The position numbers were made by a program, and so were the translations under genes. Under the pieces are notes generated by a model, which was given only the letters and a program-made list of their open reading frames with translations, ran no database searches and was not told the origin of the DNA. A DNA stretch of 57,752 nucleotides from Candidatus Sericytochromatia bacterium (GTDB lineage Bacteria; Cyanobacteriota; Sericytochromatia; S15B-MN24; JAQBPE01). The DNA is taken from contig JBBAPZ010000005.1 in assembly GCA_040400605.1 (NCBI GenBank), positions 147,070 through 204,821 of the forward strand, written 5' to 3'. Position 1 is the first letter of the stretch; every line of letters begins with the position of its first letter. This document shows positions 9,747 to 20,001 of this stretch, piece by piece.

Positions 9747-10892
9747 ATGGATGGTTCCCCACGCGCATCGGAAGCCCTTGAACGGTTGATGGCCGCGCCG
9801 GATGTGTATCACCTGGATGCAGAAAAAGATGCGCTGTTCGTTGAAGCGATGCGCGCGGCCGTGGCCCATCATCGGGCGAACAGTGCGGCATTTGCCGCGC
9901 TTTGTGAACAGACCGGATTTTGCGAGGATACGCTTGCCGGGGTAAATGATTTGTCTCGGGTGCCCCATCTCTTTGTCAATGCGCTTAAAAAGCATGAGTT
10001 GCTGTCGATGGACCGCGTGTTTGTGGCACTGCATTTGACCAGTAGTGGGACGACGGGGCAGAAGAGTCAGATTTTCTTTGATGAGGGCTCGCTGCAAAGG
10101 GGGCTTGCCATGGTGGAAGCGTGCTTTGCGGCCAATGGGTTGGTCGATCGTGCGAGCGTGGCGAATTATCTGATTTTTGCGCATGATCCGCGGCATGCGG
10201 GTGCACGGGGTACGACCTACACCGACCACCATCTCACGGGTTTTACGGCCAAGGGTACTTTGCACTACGCATTGCAGTGGTCGGCGGTGGTGCAGGATTG
10301 GCATTTTGACCTTGAGGGCACTGACGCCGTGTTGGAGCAGTTTGCGCGTTCGGGCTTGCCGTTGCGCATCATTGGTTTCCCGGCTTTTCTGCATCGTTTG
10401 CTGGCGCATCGGGCTCAGCAGGGGCGTCCACCCTTGGCGTTTGCCAGCCCCTCTTATGTGCTGACGGGTGGCGGCTGGAAAACCCACCTTGAGGCAGCGA
10501 TTCCGCGGGAGGCTTTCATTCGGGAGGTGACTGAGCATTTGGGCATTCCGCACGAGAATCAGCGGGATGGCTATGGTTTGGTGGAGCACGGGGTGCCGTA
10601 TCTCGAGTGTTCGCAGCACCGGTTTCACGTACCGCATTTTGCACGTGCGATCACCCGCGACATTGAGACGCTCGAACCCTTGCCGGATGGGCAGCGTGGA
10701 TTCTTAAACCTCCTGACACCTTATTTGTTGTCGATGCCGGCCATTTCCCTTCTGACCTCCGACTTGGCCGTAACCGGGCATGATTGTCCTTGTGGGCGCA
10801 ATACGGCCACCGTGAGCATTCTTGGGCGAGCGGGAACACGCAAAAACAAGGGTTGTGCGATAACGGCCGCGCAATTGTTGCAAGGGGGTTGA
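9747..10892 (+). CDS. luxE: LuxE-family acyl-protein synthetase
   Basis: TSSGTTGQKS, TGGGWK, RDGYGLVEH, LLTSDLA, and C-terminal GRAG..KNKGC acylation Cys. Confidence 0.9.
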   Translation: MDGSPRASEALERLMAAPDVYHLDAEKDALFVEAMRAAVAHHRANSAAFAALCEQTGFCEDTLAGVNDLSRVPHLFVNALKKHELLSMDRVFVALHLTSSGTTGQKSQIFFDEGSLQRGLAMVEACFAANGLVDRASVANYLIFAHDPRHAGARGTTYTDHHLTGFTAKGTLHYALQWSAVVQDWHFDLEGTDAVLEQFARSGLPLRIIGFPAFLHRLLAHRAQQGRPPLAFASPSYVLTGGGWKTHLEAAIPREAFIREVTEHLGIPHENQRDGYGLVEHGVPYLECSQHRFHVPHFARAITRDIETLEPLPDGQRGFLNLLTPYLLSMPAISLLTSDLAVTGHDCPCGRNTATVSILGRAGTRKNKGCAITAAQLLQGG

Positions 10893-10901
10893 GGCATCGT
10901 G

Positions 10902-13547
10902 ATGACGCACTGGGTTTTTGGAGAAGCGTGGCAGGGTGCGCTGAGTGCCGAACGGATTGAGCAGGTTCTGACGACGGCGCGCACACGTCAGGAGGCCTTG
11001 GCCAAACTGAGTGTTGAGCCGATTATCGACGTGCTCAGTCGCGTTGGAGAAGCTTGGGCGACTCCCGGCGATCCGGATCGCGAGCGTTTGCTGGCTGAAT
11101 TACCGGGCTTGATTGGGTTTTCGCGCGAAATGGTCGAGCTGGAATTGGGTGGTTTGACGCGGGTGTTGCAGCCTGATTACCTGCGCGACAAAATCGAACA
11201 GGAATTGGGCGCGGTTGATGCGCTGGATTGGTGGCATCGTCGCGCAGGCGGCACCTTGTTTCAAAAAGCGATCCCTTTGGGCTGTGTCTTGCACGTGGCC
11301 AGTGGCAACGTGTCGACAACAGGCGTCTTGTCGATGGTGGAGGGATTGCTCACTCGCAATGTGAACATCCTGAAAGTGGCTACCCGTGCACCCTTGATGC
11401 CGCAATTGTTCATCCAACGCTTGATGCAGGTTGACCCCACGGGTGTGATTGCCAGCAGTTTGGCCATCTTGAGTTGGGATGGTCGGCGGGAGCGATGGCA
11501 CGAGACTTTTGCCCAAAAAGCGGACGCGATCGTCGTGTGGGGTGGTGACGAGGTGGTTGCCACGTATCGGGCGGCGTGTGGGCCGCACACGCGCTTGATC
11601 GTGTATGGCCCACGGTTGTCGGTGGGGTTGCTTGCGTCTGAGGCATTGGGCGTGGCGCGGCGTGAGGAGACGGCGCGTGGCGTGGCGCTGGATGTGGCTT
11701 TGTGGGATCAAAATGCGTGCTCGAGTCCTCAGGTGATTTATTGCGAGGAGGATGGCGCGCACCCGGAGCGTGTGGCGGGTTTTGTACAAGCACTGGGCCG
11801 TGCGTTGGATGAATTGGCGCGTCAGTTGCCGATGGGGGCCCTGAGTGAGGCGGAACGCGCGGAAATCACCAAGGAGCGTGAAATGGCGCGTGTTGATCAA
11901 GCACTCGGTCAGGCACGTTTGCACCGTCCGGCATCTCAAGACTGGACCATCATTCAAGAAACCGATCCCGCATTTCGGCTTTCTGTTTTGTCTCGGACCA
12001 TCATTGTCAAACGTGTTCCGGCACTCGAAGCGGTGCCGGCTTTGTTGGCGCCTTGGCAGCGTTACTTGCAAACCGTGGGCATCGCGGCGAACATCCGTCG
12101 TTCCGCAGCTTTGGCGGATGCGTGCGTGCGGAACGGTGCGTTGCGTGTGACCCGAATCGGCGCCATGAGCGATGGTGCGTGCGGTGAACCGCACGATGGT
12201 CAATTTGGTTTGATGGCACTGGTGAAGTGGGTGTCGTGGGACGCACCGGGCGTGGATCAGGTCTATGACGGACTGTCTTTGATGGCGGCGGCGGATTTGA
12301 ACCGGCTGGCGCTGGCACGTCGCGACCATTTGTTGAGGGCGGTTGCGCGGCATACACCGTTTTACCGGGATGGCTTGACGCAAGATGGCGTGGGGGAGTC
12401 CGATTGGTCGAGGCTGCCTCTGCTTGATCGGGCGCGTTGGTTGGATGGTTTGCCGCCGCACGGTCGCAACGCTTTTGGGCCCGGGCCGGATGCGGGTGGA
12501 CATTGGTTGCGCACGGGTGGGAGCACGGGCACCCCGCGCTTGTCGATTTACAGTTTCAAGGATTACGAAGCGGATATGTGGCGTGCGGCGCGTGGGGCGT
12601 TTGCAGCGGGCTTGCGGCGGGGCGATCGCGTCGCGAACCTGTTTTTCGCGGGGGATCTGTACGGCTCTTACCTGAGTGTGAATCGGGCGTTAGAGATTTT
12701 GGGCTGCCATGCGTTTTCATTGACCAATCACGCGTCAATTGAGGCGGTCAGTGGTTGTCTGAACCAATTTGACATTCGCATTGTGGTGGGTCTGTCGTCG
12801 TGGGTGCAGGCCGTGTTGACGCAGGTGCACGAATTGCAGCCGGAATTGACGATCGATGCGATTTATTATGCGGGAGAGCCATTTCCGGAGCGAGACCAGC
12901 AGTTTTTACGCGACAAGATGGGTGTGCGGATCATTCGTTCGATAGGCTATGGAGCAGTCGATGCAGGTCCGATTGGCTTCCAGTGCGAATACGCGACCGG
13001 CGGCGTGCACCATGTCCATAGCGACCACGTGTTTGTCGAGATTCTGGACCCCGATCACCATGGGGCGTGCGAGCATGGCGACTTGGGCGAAGTGGTGGTG
13101 ACGGCGTTGAATCGGCGGTTAACGCCGCTTTTGCGTTACCGGGCAGGGGATCTCGCGCGGTGGGTGCCAGGGGATTGTCCTTGCGGGCACCCGGCCGGGC
13201 GTCTGGAATTGGTCGGGCGTGTGGATGATCGCATTTTGCTTGGTGCGCGATCCACGAGTTATCACGCGGTAAACCAGGCCTTGCAGGACTTGGATTGGAT
13301 TCAAGGCGGCCCGCAGGTCGTGGTCGATGGGGACGCATTGACGGTGCGTGTTGCCTTGCAAGACACGCACGATGATCCAGTGGTACGGGAACGTGCGCTG
13401 CGCGATGCGCTGGCCAAGTATTGGGCTGACCATGAGGCCTGGGCGAAAATTCTGAAAATCGAGATGGTGGATGCGCTGGCGCTTGAACGGGTGGGGCGCA
13501 GCGGCAAGATTGTCCGCGTCGTGGATCGCCGCCACGACCGGGCGTGA
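10902..13547 (+). CDS. Fusion of LuxC-type acyl-CoA reductase and phenylacetate-CoA-ligase (PaaK)-like adenylation domain
   Basis: N-terminal: HVASGNV, IVVWGG, YGPRLS, DQNACSSPQ (catalytic Cys), EPHDG. C-terminal: RTGGSTGTP, YYAGE, GYGAVDAG, RYRAGD, GRVDDRI. Confidence 0.88.
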   Translation: MTHWVFGEAWQGALSAERIEQVLTTARTRQEALAKLSVEPIIDVLSRVGEAWATPGDPDRERLLAELPGLIGFSREMVELELGGLTRVLQPDYLRDKIEQELGAVDALDWWHRRAGGTLFQKAIPLGCVLHVASGNVSTTGVLSMVEGLLTRNVNILKVATRAPLMPQLFIQRLMQVDPTGVIASSLAILSWDGRRERWHETFAQKADAIVVWGGDEVVATYRAACGPHTRLIVYGPRLSVGLLASEALGVARREETARGVALDVALWDQNACSSPQVIYCEEDGAHPERVAGFVQALGRALDELARQLPMGALSEAERAEITKEREMARVDQALGQARLHRPASQDWTIIQETDPAFRLSVLSRTIIVKRVPALEAVPALLAPWQRYLQTVGIAANIRRSAALADACVRNGALRVTRIGAMSDGACGEPHDGQFGLMALVKWVSWDAPGVDQVYDGLSLMAAADLNRLALARRDHLLRAVARHTPFYRDGLTQDGVGESDWSRLPLLDRARWLDGLPPHGRNAFGPGPDAGGHWLRTGGSTGTPRLSIYSFKDYEADMWRAARGAFAAGLRRGDRVANLFFAGDLYGSYLSVNRALEILGCHAFSLTNHASIEAVSGCLNQFDIRIVVGLSSWVQAVLTQVHELQPELTIDAIYYAGEPFPERDQQFLRDKMGVRIIRSIGYGAVDAGPIGFQCEYATGGVHHVHSDHVFVEILDPDHHGACEHGDLGEVVVTALNRRLTPLLRYRAGDLARWVPGDCPCGHPAGRLELVGRVDDRILLGARSTSYHAVNQALQDLDWIQGGPQVVVDGDALTVRVALQDTHDDPVVRERALRDALAKYWADHEAWAKILKIEMVDALALERVGRSGKIVRVVDRRHDRA

Positions 13548-13548
13548 G

Positions 13549-14772
13549 ATGTTGATGACTGAACGACAACCTGGCGATCGCGCCTTTTGGCTCATGTTGA
13601 TGTCGCAAGGCGTATCGCAATTGGGCGATCGCCTGTATCAGGTGGCCCTGATGTGGTGGACCCTCCATGTTACGGGCTCACTTGGCTGGAGCAGCGCAGT
13701 ACTGGTTGCAGGCACCCTGCCTGGGGTATTGCTTGGTCCGATTGCCGGTGCGGTCGCGGATCGCTTTGACAAACGCATCGTCATGATCGCAAGCGATGTG
13801 AGTCGCGCATTCTTGTGCCTCAGTCTCGCCGGCGCACTTTGGTTGGGCATCCAAAACGTGTGGGCGGTTTTGTGCGTTGCAGCCTGTCTGGCGGCTTTCG
13901 GCGCATTTTTTACACCAGCCAGTCAAGCCGCCCTGCCTGCCATCCTTTCTCCCGAACGGCTACTCCAAGGCAATGCGTGGCTGGGCAGTTTGACCCATTT
14001 TTGCAGCCTTATCGGTCCCGCACTGGGTGGTTTGGCGGTCGCTGCCTGGGGCGTTGAAAGCGCTTTCTTACTCAATGGACTGGCTTTGCTGCTGTCTGGC
14101 CTGGCCCTGCTGGGCTTGCCCAAACTCGTTTCTGAGACGGACCACGCCCGTGAGGGTTTTTGGATTAGCACACTCGGTGGGGTGGCTGTCTTGCAAAAAG
14201 ATGCCCTGGTGGCCCGTTTGCTGACCTTGTTTGCCCTGGTAAACCTGTTTACGATGCCAGTCATGCTCTGGATGCCGCACTTTGCGATGAATGTGTTCAA
14301 AGTCGGGGCGAGGGGCTTGGGTTTGCTTGAAGCGGCACTGGCCATGGGTATGCTCGGCGCAGCCCTTGGCTGGACGCGCGTCAGGCGCGAGCATCCGCCC
14401 ATTCCGTGGATCGCCGCCGGATTGTCCGGTACGGGCGTGGCCATTGCCTTGATGGGGTATGTTCCGACGTATCCAGGACATTTGCTTTCGCTTGTCCTTG
14501 CAGGGCTTGCCATGGGTACGGTCAACGTTCGCGTGATGGTGCTGTTCCAGACCCGTATCCCCAATGCCGAATTGGGGCGCTTCATGGGCTTGCTCGGTAG
14601 CGTCTGTTCTGCCTTGATTCCAGTGTCCTACGGCGTCTACGGTTGGTTGAGCCAACTTCAGGACCCCGTGAACCTGATGCGCTACAATGGGCTGATACTG
14701 GCGGTGATCGGTATCGTGGCCTATGTGCTGCTCGCGTCCCTCGCAAGCAAGGCCTCATACAACGCGGCATAA
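13549..14772 (+). CDS. MFS transporter (DHA3/MefA-like exporter)
   Basis: VSQLGD, GAVADRFDKR motif A, about 12 hydrophobic segments; ATG two nt after the upstream stop. Confidence 0.9.
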   Translation: MLMTERQPGDRAFWLMLMSQGVSQLGDRLYQVALMWWTLHVTGSLGWSSAVLVAGTLPGVLLGPIAGAVADRFDKRIVMIASDVSRAFLCLSLAGALWLGIQNVWAVLCVAACLAAFGAFFTPASQAALPAILSPERLLQGNAWLGSLTHFCSLIGPALGGLAVAAWGVESAFLLNGLALLLSGLALLGLPKLVSETDHAREGFWISTLGGVAVLQKDALVARLLTLFALVNLFTMPVMLWMPHFAMNVFKVGARGLGLLEAALAMGMLGAALGWTRVRREHPPIPWIAAGLSGTGVAIALMGYVPTYPGHLLSLVLAGLAMGTVNVRVMVLFQTRIPNAELGRFMGLLGSVCSALIPVSYGVYGWLSQLQDPVNLMRYNGLILAVIGIVAYVLLASLASKASYNAA

Positions 14773-15773
14773 CGTGCAGCCATGTGTTGGGCGCTGAAAT
14801 GCGCCTGAACGTGTGCGACACAATCGTGTGACTGAAGTTTTGCCACACGCCGCACAGCGGATTGCCAAGCAGCGTTTGTCGCGTCTTGGGGCAACAGGAT
14901 GCCTGTGACACCGTCATTCACGATTTCGCCAACGGCACCGCATGCGTGAGCGATGACGGGTGTTCCTGTCGCCATGGCCTCGATCATCACGAGCCCGAAG
15001 GGTTCCGACCACGTAATCGGAAACAACAAGGCCTTGGCCCGGTTTAACACTGTCCAGCGCATGGTGCCTGTGACTTCGCCGATAAAACGGCGAATGACCC
15101 CATCTAAAAATGGGGCCACCTGTTGATCGAAAAACGGCTGGTCATCCGGGGTGAGGCGCCCTGCCATAACCAGGGGCCAATCGCATTCGTGAGCAAGCCG
15201 GGCTGCGATGTGAGCGCCTTTGTGCGCGTCAATCCGGCTGAAAAACAACAGTTCTGCGCCACGATGGATCACATCAAGTCCTGTCGGGATGGTGACGCCA
15301 TTGGGAACCACGCCAAACCAGGCCAATTCGGGCATACGTTGCGCGTGCGCATGGCTTAAAGCAACAAATGGATGTCCCACGCAACGCGCATAAATTGCGC
15401 GCCGTTCGGGTGTGAGATCATTGTGAACCGTCGTTAACACGGGAACAGCCGCCCGATACGCAAGACACGCGCCATTGGTCTTGGTGTGGTCGTGAACAAG
15501 GTCAAATTCGTGGGCTTGCGTGTAAGCCCAACAAACGTGTTCGCGTTCCAGTTGTTCGTATTCGGCCCGGGAACGTTTTTCACCATAGCCCAAAGCGTGC
15601 CGGAACAGTGCCCGAAGGGGCACACCAGGTCGGGAATCCCCACTGGCAAAGACGGTGACATCCAGGCCTTGTTGCACGAGTGCTTGTGCCAGGGTGGCCA
15701 CCGCGTGTTCGGTTCCACCGTAACCGGCAGGCGGCACCGGGTAAGCCACGGGTGCCAACAAAGCGACGCGCAT
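14721..15773 (-). CDS. Glycosyltransferase family 4
   Basis: PPAGYGGTE, DLVHDH, SRIDAHKG, EPFGLVMIEAMATGTPVI. Confidence 0.92.
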   Translation of the reverse strand: MRVALLAPVAYPVPPAGYGGTEHAVATLAQALVQQGLDVTVFASGDSRPGVPLRALFRHALGYGEKRSRAEYEQLEREHVCWAYTQAHEFDLVHDHTKTNGACLAYRAAVPVLTTVHNDLTPERRAIYARCVGHPFVALSHAHAQRMPELAWFGVVPNGVTIPTGLDVIHRGAELLFFSRIDAHKGAHIAARLAHECDWPLVMAGRLTPDDQPFFDQQVAPFLDGVIRRFIGEVTGTMRWTVLNRAKALLFPITWSEPFGLVMIEAMATGTPVIAHACGAVGEIVNDGVTGILLPQDATNAAWQSAVRRVAKLQSHDCVAHVQAHFSAQHMAARYAALYEALLARDASST

Positions 15774-16273
15774 GCCAAACCTCCAAACATGATGGAAGGG
15801 ATACCAAAGTTCCGAACATTCATTTACGGGTCGTTAAAACAAGACTCAACTGGTCATGCCAACAGCGCTTTGGAATGAGGCGATGGCCAAATGGACTGCA
15901 ACGCGTGCGAGCCAAGCACGGATTCACTGCAATGCGATTTGCAAGCATGCACCGGATAAGCATTGCGGGAGCATGACAAGGTGGTTTTGGCTTTTCCGGA
16001 GTTCTCGGATGAGCGTGAATTCAGGAATGGTGCGTCAACCAACAGGTGGGTGCTCTGACAACAGGTGCAAGTGCCAGGCCCTGATCCAAACGCAACTGCG
16101 AACCCAAGTGTTTCACGATCGTGGTGCGCTAGCTGTTTGGCGTTTGAGTTTCGCACACGGCCAACTGGTTGCCAAGCGTCAAGCGTGACAGCCAAGATGC
16201 CATTGTGTTGGGGGTTGTGGCTTTGTTAGCGTGTCATGGCCTGACACACGGTTCTTTGCGGAGGAATGAAGCC

Positions 16274-17866
16274 ATGACCCCTCTGCGGCAAGTACAAGCG
16301 TTGCCTGCGTGGCCCAGCGCGAGCACCGTTTATGCGCAGCAACAAGCGTTACAGGATTGGCTGGCAGGTCCTGGTGCCGGTTCAAGGCTGTATGTGGCCG
16401 CCAATCGCCCGCCTTATCTGACGGATGAGCAAGGTATGGTGAAACAGGGGCTTGGGGGGCTTGCCAGTGCCTTTGCCTCTTTGACGCGGGTGATTCCGAT
16501 GCATTGGGTCAGCACCCGTACCCAGGATGAGTCTTGCGTGATGCCAGCCGAGGGCGCGCTCGAACGGGACCAACTGATGCTTGATTGGATTGAACCCAAT
16601 TTACGTGAGCATCAAGGTCATTATGACGTGATCGCCAATGGGGTTTTGTGGCTGCTTCAGCACCGGGTGAACGCGCCGGGAACGCTGTGTTTCGATTCCA
16701 AACGTTGGAAGGCTTGGCAAGAAGGGTATGTCGCGGTGAATCAGCAGTATGCCCGGCATCTGAATGAGCGGATTCTGGCGAGTAATCAGGAAGCAGTCGT
16801 TTTGGTGCAGGATTACCATTTATACCTGTTGCCGGGATTGTTGCGGGCGCTTCGGCCGCGGCAGACCAGAATTGCGCATTTTACACATATCTGTTGGCCT
16901 GAGCCCGAGCAGTGGATTCCATTGCCGACGCCCATTCGTCAGGCTATCTTGAAGGGGATGTTGGGTGCGGATCTCGTGGGATTTCAGGTGGAACAGGATC
17001 GGCAGAATTTCCTTGCGGCTTGTACCCGTTTTTTAGGGTGTGAGGTAGATGCGGCGCGAAACGGTCTGACTTTTGAGGACCGCCGAATCCACGTGGGGGT
17101 TTATCCTATTTCGATTGACCCCTTGGATGTCGCTCAACGCGCGCAGGAAGCCAAAGTTTTAGCGCACGTCGCGCCGACGGCTGGCAGCCAGAAGCAGCAG
17201 TGGATTTTACAGGTGGCCCGTACCGACCCCAGTAAAAACATTGTGCGAGGCTTGGAGGCCTTTGCTTATCTGTTACGTTCAAAACCGATGTGGCAGGGTC
17301 GGGTGGCGTGGTTGGGGTTGCTGCCGTTGTCGCGACAGTCTTGTCCGGTTTATCGGCGCTATTACCGTGAGATTCAGCGTCTGGGCGATCGCCTGAATGC
17401 ACGATGGGGCCGTCTGGATTGGCAGCCGGTCAGTATTTTGACCGATCACGATCCCGGTCGCGCACTGGCGCTTATGCGAGCCTACAACGTGCTCTTGGTG
17501 AACTCAATCGCCGACGGGATGAACCTGGTTGCCAAAGAAGGGCCCATCGTCAACACCCAGGCAGGCGTTCTCGTCCTTTCCGAAACGGTCGGCGCGTGTC
17601 AGGAATTGGGTCATACCGCCTTGCTCGTCAATCCTTATGATGTGATCGATACCGCACGTGCCCTCGAAGAGGCCCTGTTGATGCCACTTTTCAAACGGCG
17701 TCACGCACTCAGGCAACAACAGCAACAAATTCTGGGCAACACCATTTATGCGTGGGCACTGGCACAGTTGCGCGATTTGTATCGTGGATTGACCGACACG
17801 CCGGCTCCTGTATCACGGGGACTGCCAAAACAAAAGCGGCGCAAATCATGGAGGGTGGGGGCGTGA
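16274..17866 (+). CDS. otsA: Trehalose-6-phosphate synthase family (GT20)
   Basis: ANRPP, GGLA, QDYHLYLLP, GADLVGFQ, YPISID, RTDPSKN, DGMNLVAKE, LLVNPYD; ATG 16274 with GGAGG RBS. Confidence 0.9.
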   Translation: MTPLRQVQALPAWPSASTVYAQQQALQDWLAGPGAGSRLYVAANRPPYLTDEQGMVKQGLGGLASAFASLTRVIPMHWVSTRTQDESCVMPAEGALERDQLMLDWIEPNLREHQGHYDVIANGVLWLLQHRVNAPGTLCFDSKRWKAWQEGYVAVNQQYARHLNERILASNQEAVVLVQDYHLYLLPGLLRALRPRQTRIAHFTHICWPEPEQWIPLPTPIRQAILKGMLGADLVGFQVEQDRQNFLAACTRFLGCEVDAARNGLTFEDRRIHVGVYPISIDPLDVAQRAQEAKVLAHVAPTAGSQKQQWILQVARTDPSKNIVRGLEAFAYLLRSKPMWQGRVAWLGLLPLSRQSCPVYRRYYREIQRLGDRLNARWGRLDWQPVSILTDHDPGRALALMRAYNVLLVNSIADGMNLVAKEGPIVNTQAGVLVLSETVGACQELGHTALLVNPYDVIDTARALEEALLMPLFKRRHALRQQQQQILGNTIYAWALAQLRDLYRGLTDTPAPVSRGLPKQKRRKSWRVGA

Positions 17867-18660
17867 ATCACGAATCGGAGCAGGCACACACAGACGGCGC
17901 GTCGCTTATGCAAACACTGATCGAATTGCGTATTGCGGGCGAGGCGCTGTCACATTCCCGTCAGGATAACCTGGCCGCCATCGATAAACTGTTCGCCAGA
18001 CACCCTTTTTACACCTTGGAGTTGCACCACGTTCACGCGTTACTGGACCAGCACGCCATTACGCGGTCTTCCGTGCTAGCGAGCGTGGCATCGTTTACCC
18101 ACTGCAATCCGGATCCGCACCACGCGACCGGACCCAATTACATCTCAGCCCGGCGCTGTCTCACAGGCCTTAAAGAAGCGGCAAAGGCTTTACGCGGCGT
18201 TCAGGCCGCGCGGGGCACGGTTCTGTTTGCAACCGGCCATCCAGGCTGCTTGACCAGTTGCTACAATGCGATCGCCCACCAGCTTGAACGAGGTGGTTGC
18301 ACCATTTTAAAGCCGGCCCTCGGTTATGAGGTCCAAAAAGACTGGTTTCTCGATTACATCGACGCCACAGCCGTCATCAGTGACACGTGCGGCGTTCACC
18401 ATACCCATATGACCCAAGGGATGTCCGCCATGCTCGCTGAATTGACACAACCGCCCGATCTCATCATCGCCGACCACGGATTCGCCGCCGTCGCCATCAA
18501 CCACGGTATCCCCTGCATCGCCCCGATGGACACCAACGATCCCGGTCTCGCGCTTGCCAAACAGGCAGGAGCCGACTTTGTCCTTGTGCCCATGAACGAT
18601 AACCTGCCCAATGGCCGCATGATCGCACTTGCTTCAATCATCGAAGCGTTGATGACGTGA
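17863..18660 (+). CDS. Putative phosphatase (non-HAD; resembles Pfam 'Phosphatase' PF15698)
   Basis: VLFATGHPG, HTH, PDLIIADHGF, DTNDP, VPMNDN; GTGA overlap with otsA; GGAGG RBS. Confidence 0.7.
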   Translation: MNHESEQAHTDGASLMQTLIELRIAGEALSHSRQDNLAAIDKLFARHPFYTLELHHVHALLDQHAITRSSVLASVASFTHCNPDPHHATGPNYISARRCLTGLKEAAKALRGVQAARGTVLFATGHPGCLTSCYNAIAHQLERGGCTILKPALGYEVQKDWFLDYIDATAVISDTCGVHHTHMTQGMSAMLAELTQPPDLIIADHGFAAVAINHGIPCIAPMDTNDPGLALAKQAGADFVLVPMNDNLPNGRMIALASIIEALMT

Positions 18661-18886
18661 GTGCGAAGATCATTGCTGTCACACGCACAATCACTGCAAG
18701 CAGTGACGCTTCCTGGCAGTTTTCGGGAGTGCTGAATTCAACTGGAGCGAAATCTCTGTGTGACATTGGTTAGTTAACCGGATATTTTTCTGTTTTTCGC
18801 TTTTCAGGATTGAATTTTTCAAAAAAAGCCGCTGTTGCTACTGGCGCAAATGTCGTCATCCTGTTAAGCTTATAAGGTAAAGCGTT

Positions 18887-18960
18887 GGGGCTGTAGCTCA
18901 GTCGGTTAGAGTGCCTGCCTGTCACGTAGGAGGTCGCGGGTTCGAGCCCCGTCAGCCCCG
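18887..18960 (+). tRNA. tRNA-Asp (GTC)
   Basis: Acceptor stem GGGGCTG/CAGCCCC, anticodon loop CTGTCAC, T-loop TTCGAGC; CCA not encoded. Confidence 0.97.
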
Positions 18961-18967
18961 CTTTTAA

Positions 18968-18998
18968 GTCCCGGCTAAGGCCGGGATTTTTTGTTTTC
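18968..18998 (+). terminator. Terminator after tRNA-Asp
   Basis: TCCCGGC-taag-GCCGGGA followed by a T-run. Confidence 0.85.
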
Positions 18999-19430
18999 AG
19001 CCATGTCGTGTGGGATCAATGTGATTGAGGGGCATGGGATCGCGTCTTTGAAGGGCGTTGATTGTTGAGTTGCCTTTGTGCAGATGGGAATTGAATGACG
19101 GTGTTATTGGGGCAACCCGGTCAGGTAGGAGCGTCTGGTTGGGGCTTGAGCAATCCGTTCGCGGAACGTTCGTCGAACAAAGGCGATTGGGGCTGTTCAG
19201 ATGGGCATGACGCGGTCTTTTTTGTGATTGGACAGGTGCCCATCCGTCCGTGTTCCATTGGCCAGGGATTTCAGTTGGCCTGAGCTTCGGGTGGGTTAGT
19301 CGTTCGTTGACCCGGGGGCATTATTTTTCTACAGTGGCGTCAGGTCGTCGCGGCTTCAGTGCGCATGTTCGTGTTGGGGCAAGTATGGCTTCGGGCCGGG
19401 GTTTGTGCGCGCCGGCGGAAGGAGGGACTG

Positions 19431-19709
19431 ATGGATTTGTCCACCAGTTATTTCGCGAGTTGCACCAAGGCCGAACTGTTGTTGCTTGAGGCATTGGCGG
19501 CTGAGCATCGTCATCGATTGTTGGTGAAGCATCTGGAGACGCCGCATGCGATGCAGATTGTGATTGAGACGGATTCCACGCAGTTGCGTGATTATATCTA
19601 TTTCATGTTGCAACGTTTGCGGTCGCAGCAGCGGCAACTGGAGCGAATCTTCAATACGCGTGACCCGGATGGGCAAGATGCGAACAGGCGCTCGAAACAT
19701 GCGAGTTGA
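19431..19709 (+). CDS. Small hypothetical protein
   Basis: AAGGAGG RBS before ATG; 92 aa. Confidence 0.65.
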   Translation: MDLSTSYFASCTKAELLLLEALAAEHRHRLLVKHLETPHAMQIVIETDSTQLRDYIYFMLQRLRSQQRQLERIFNTRDPDGQDANRRSKHAS

Positions 19710-20001
19710 TGCCTGATGTGGTCAACCATCAATTTCACCGATCGGACGCTGACCATCGGAACAATACGCAAGGGTAAGCAGGCCGATGTCGGGTGTTATA
19801 TGCGGCATGGTCACAACGTATATTTAATGAACAATCAGTCAATCTGATGGTTGGCCTGATATGGGTGGAGTTGTCACCGCGGTGATGACTGACGCCCGTA
19901 CGTGTTGGAGACTTGGCTGGTCTTGTGTGTTGCGTGCGGGAGCTATCGAGGTCTTCTGTGTTATCATGGCGGGGTGTTGTGAATGGCGCAGAGGGGTTGC
20001 T

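Noticed and set aside
9747..13547. Bioluminescence operon
   Set aside because: luxA, luxB and luxD are absent, and LuxC is fused to a ligase domain
15780..16270. c-di-AMP riboswitch or small ORFs upstream of otsA
   Set aside because: No ydaO core motifs; the ORFs lack a convincing RBS and protein-like composition
18961..19430. Island at tRNA-Asp
   Set aside because: No integrase or att repeat, and the downstream genes look core
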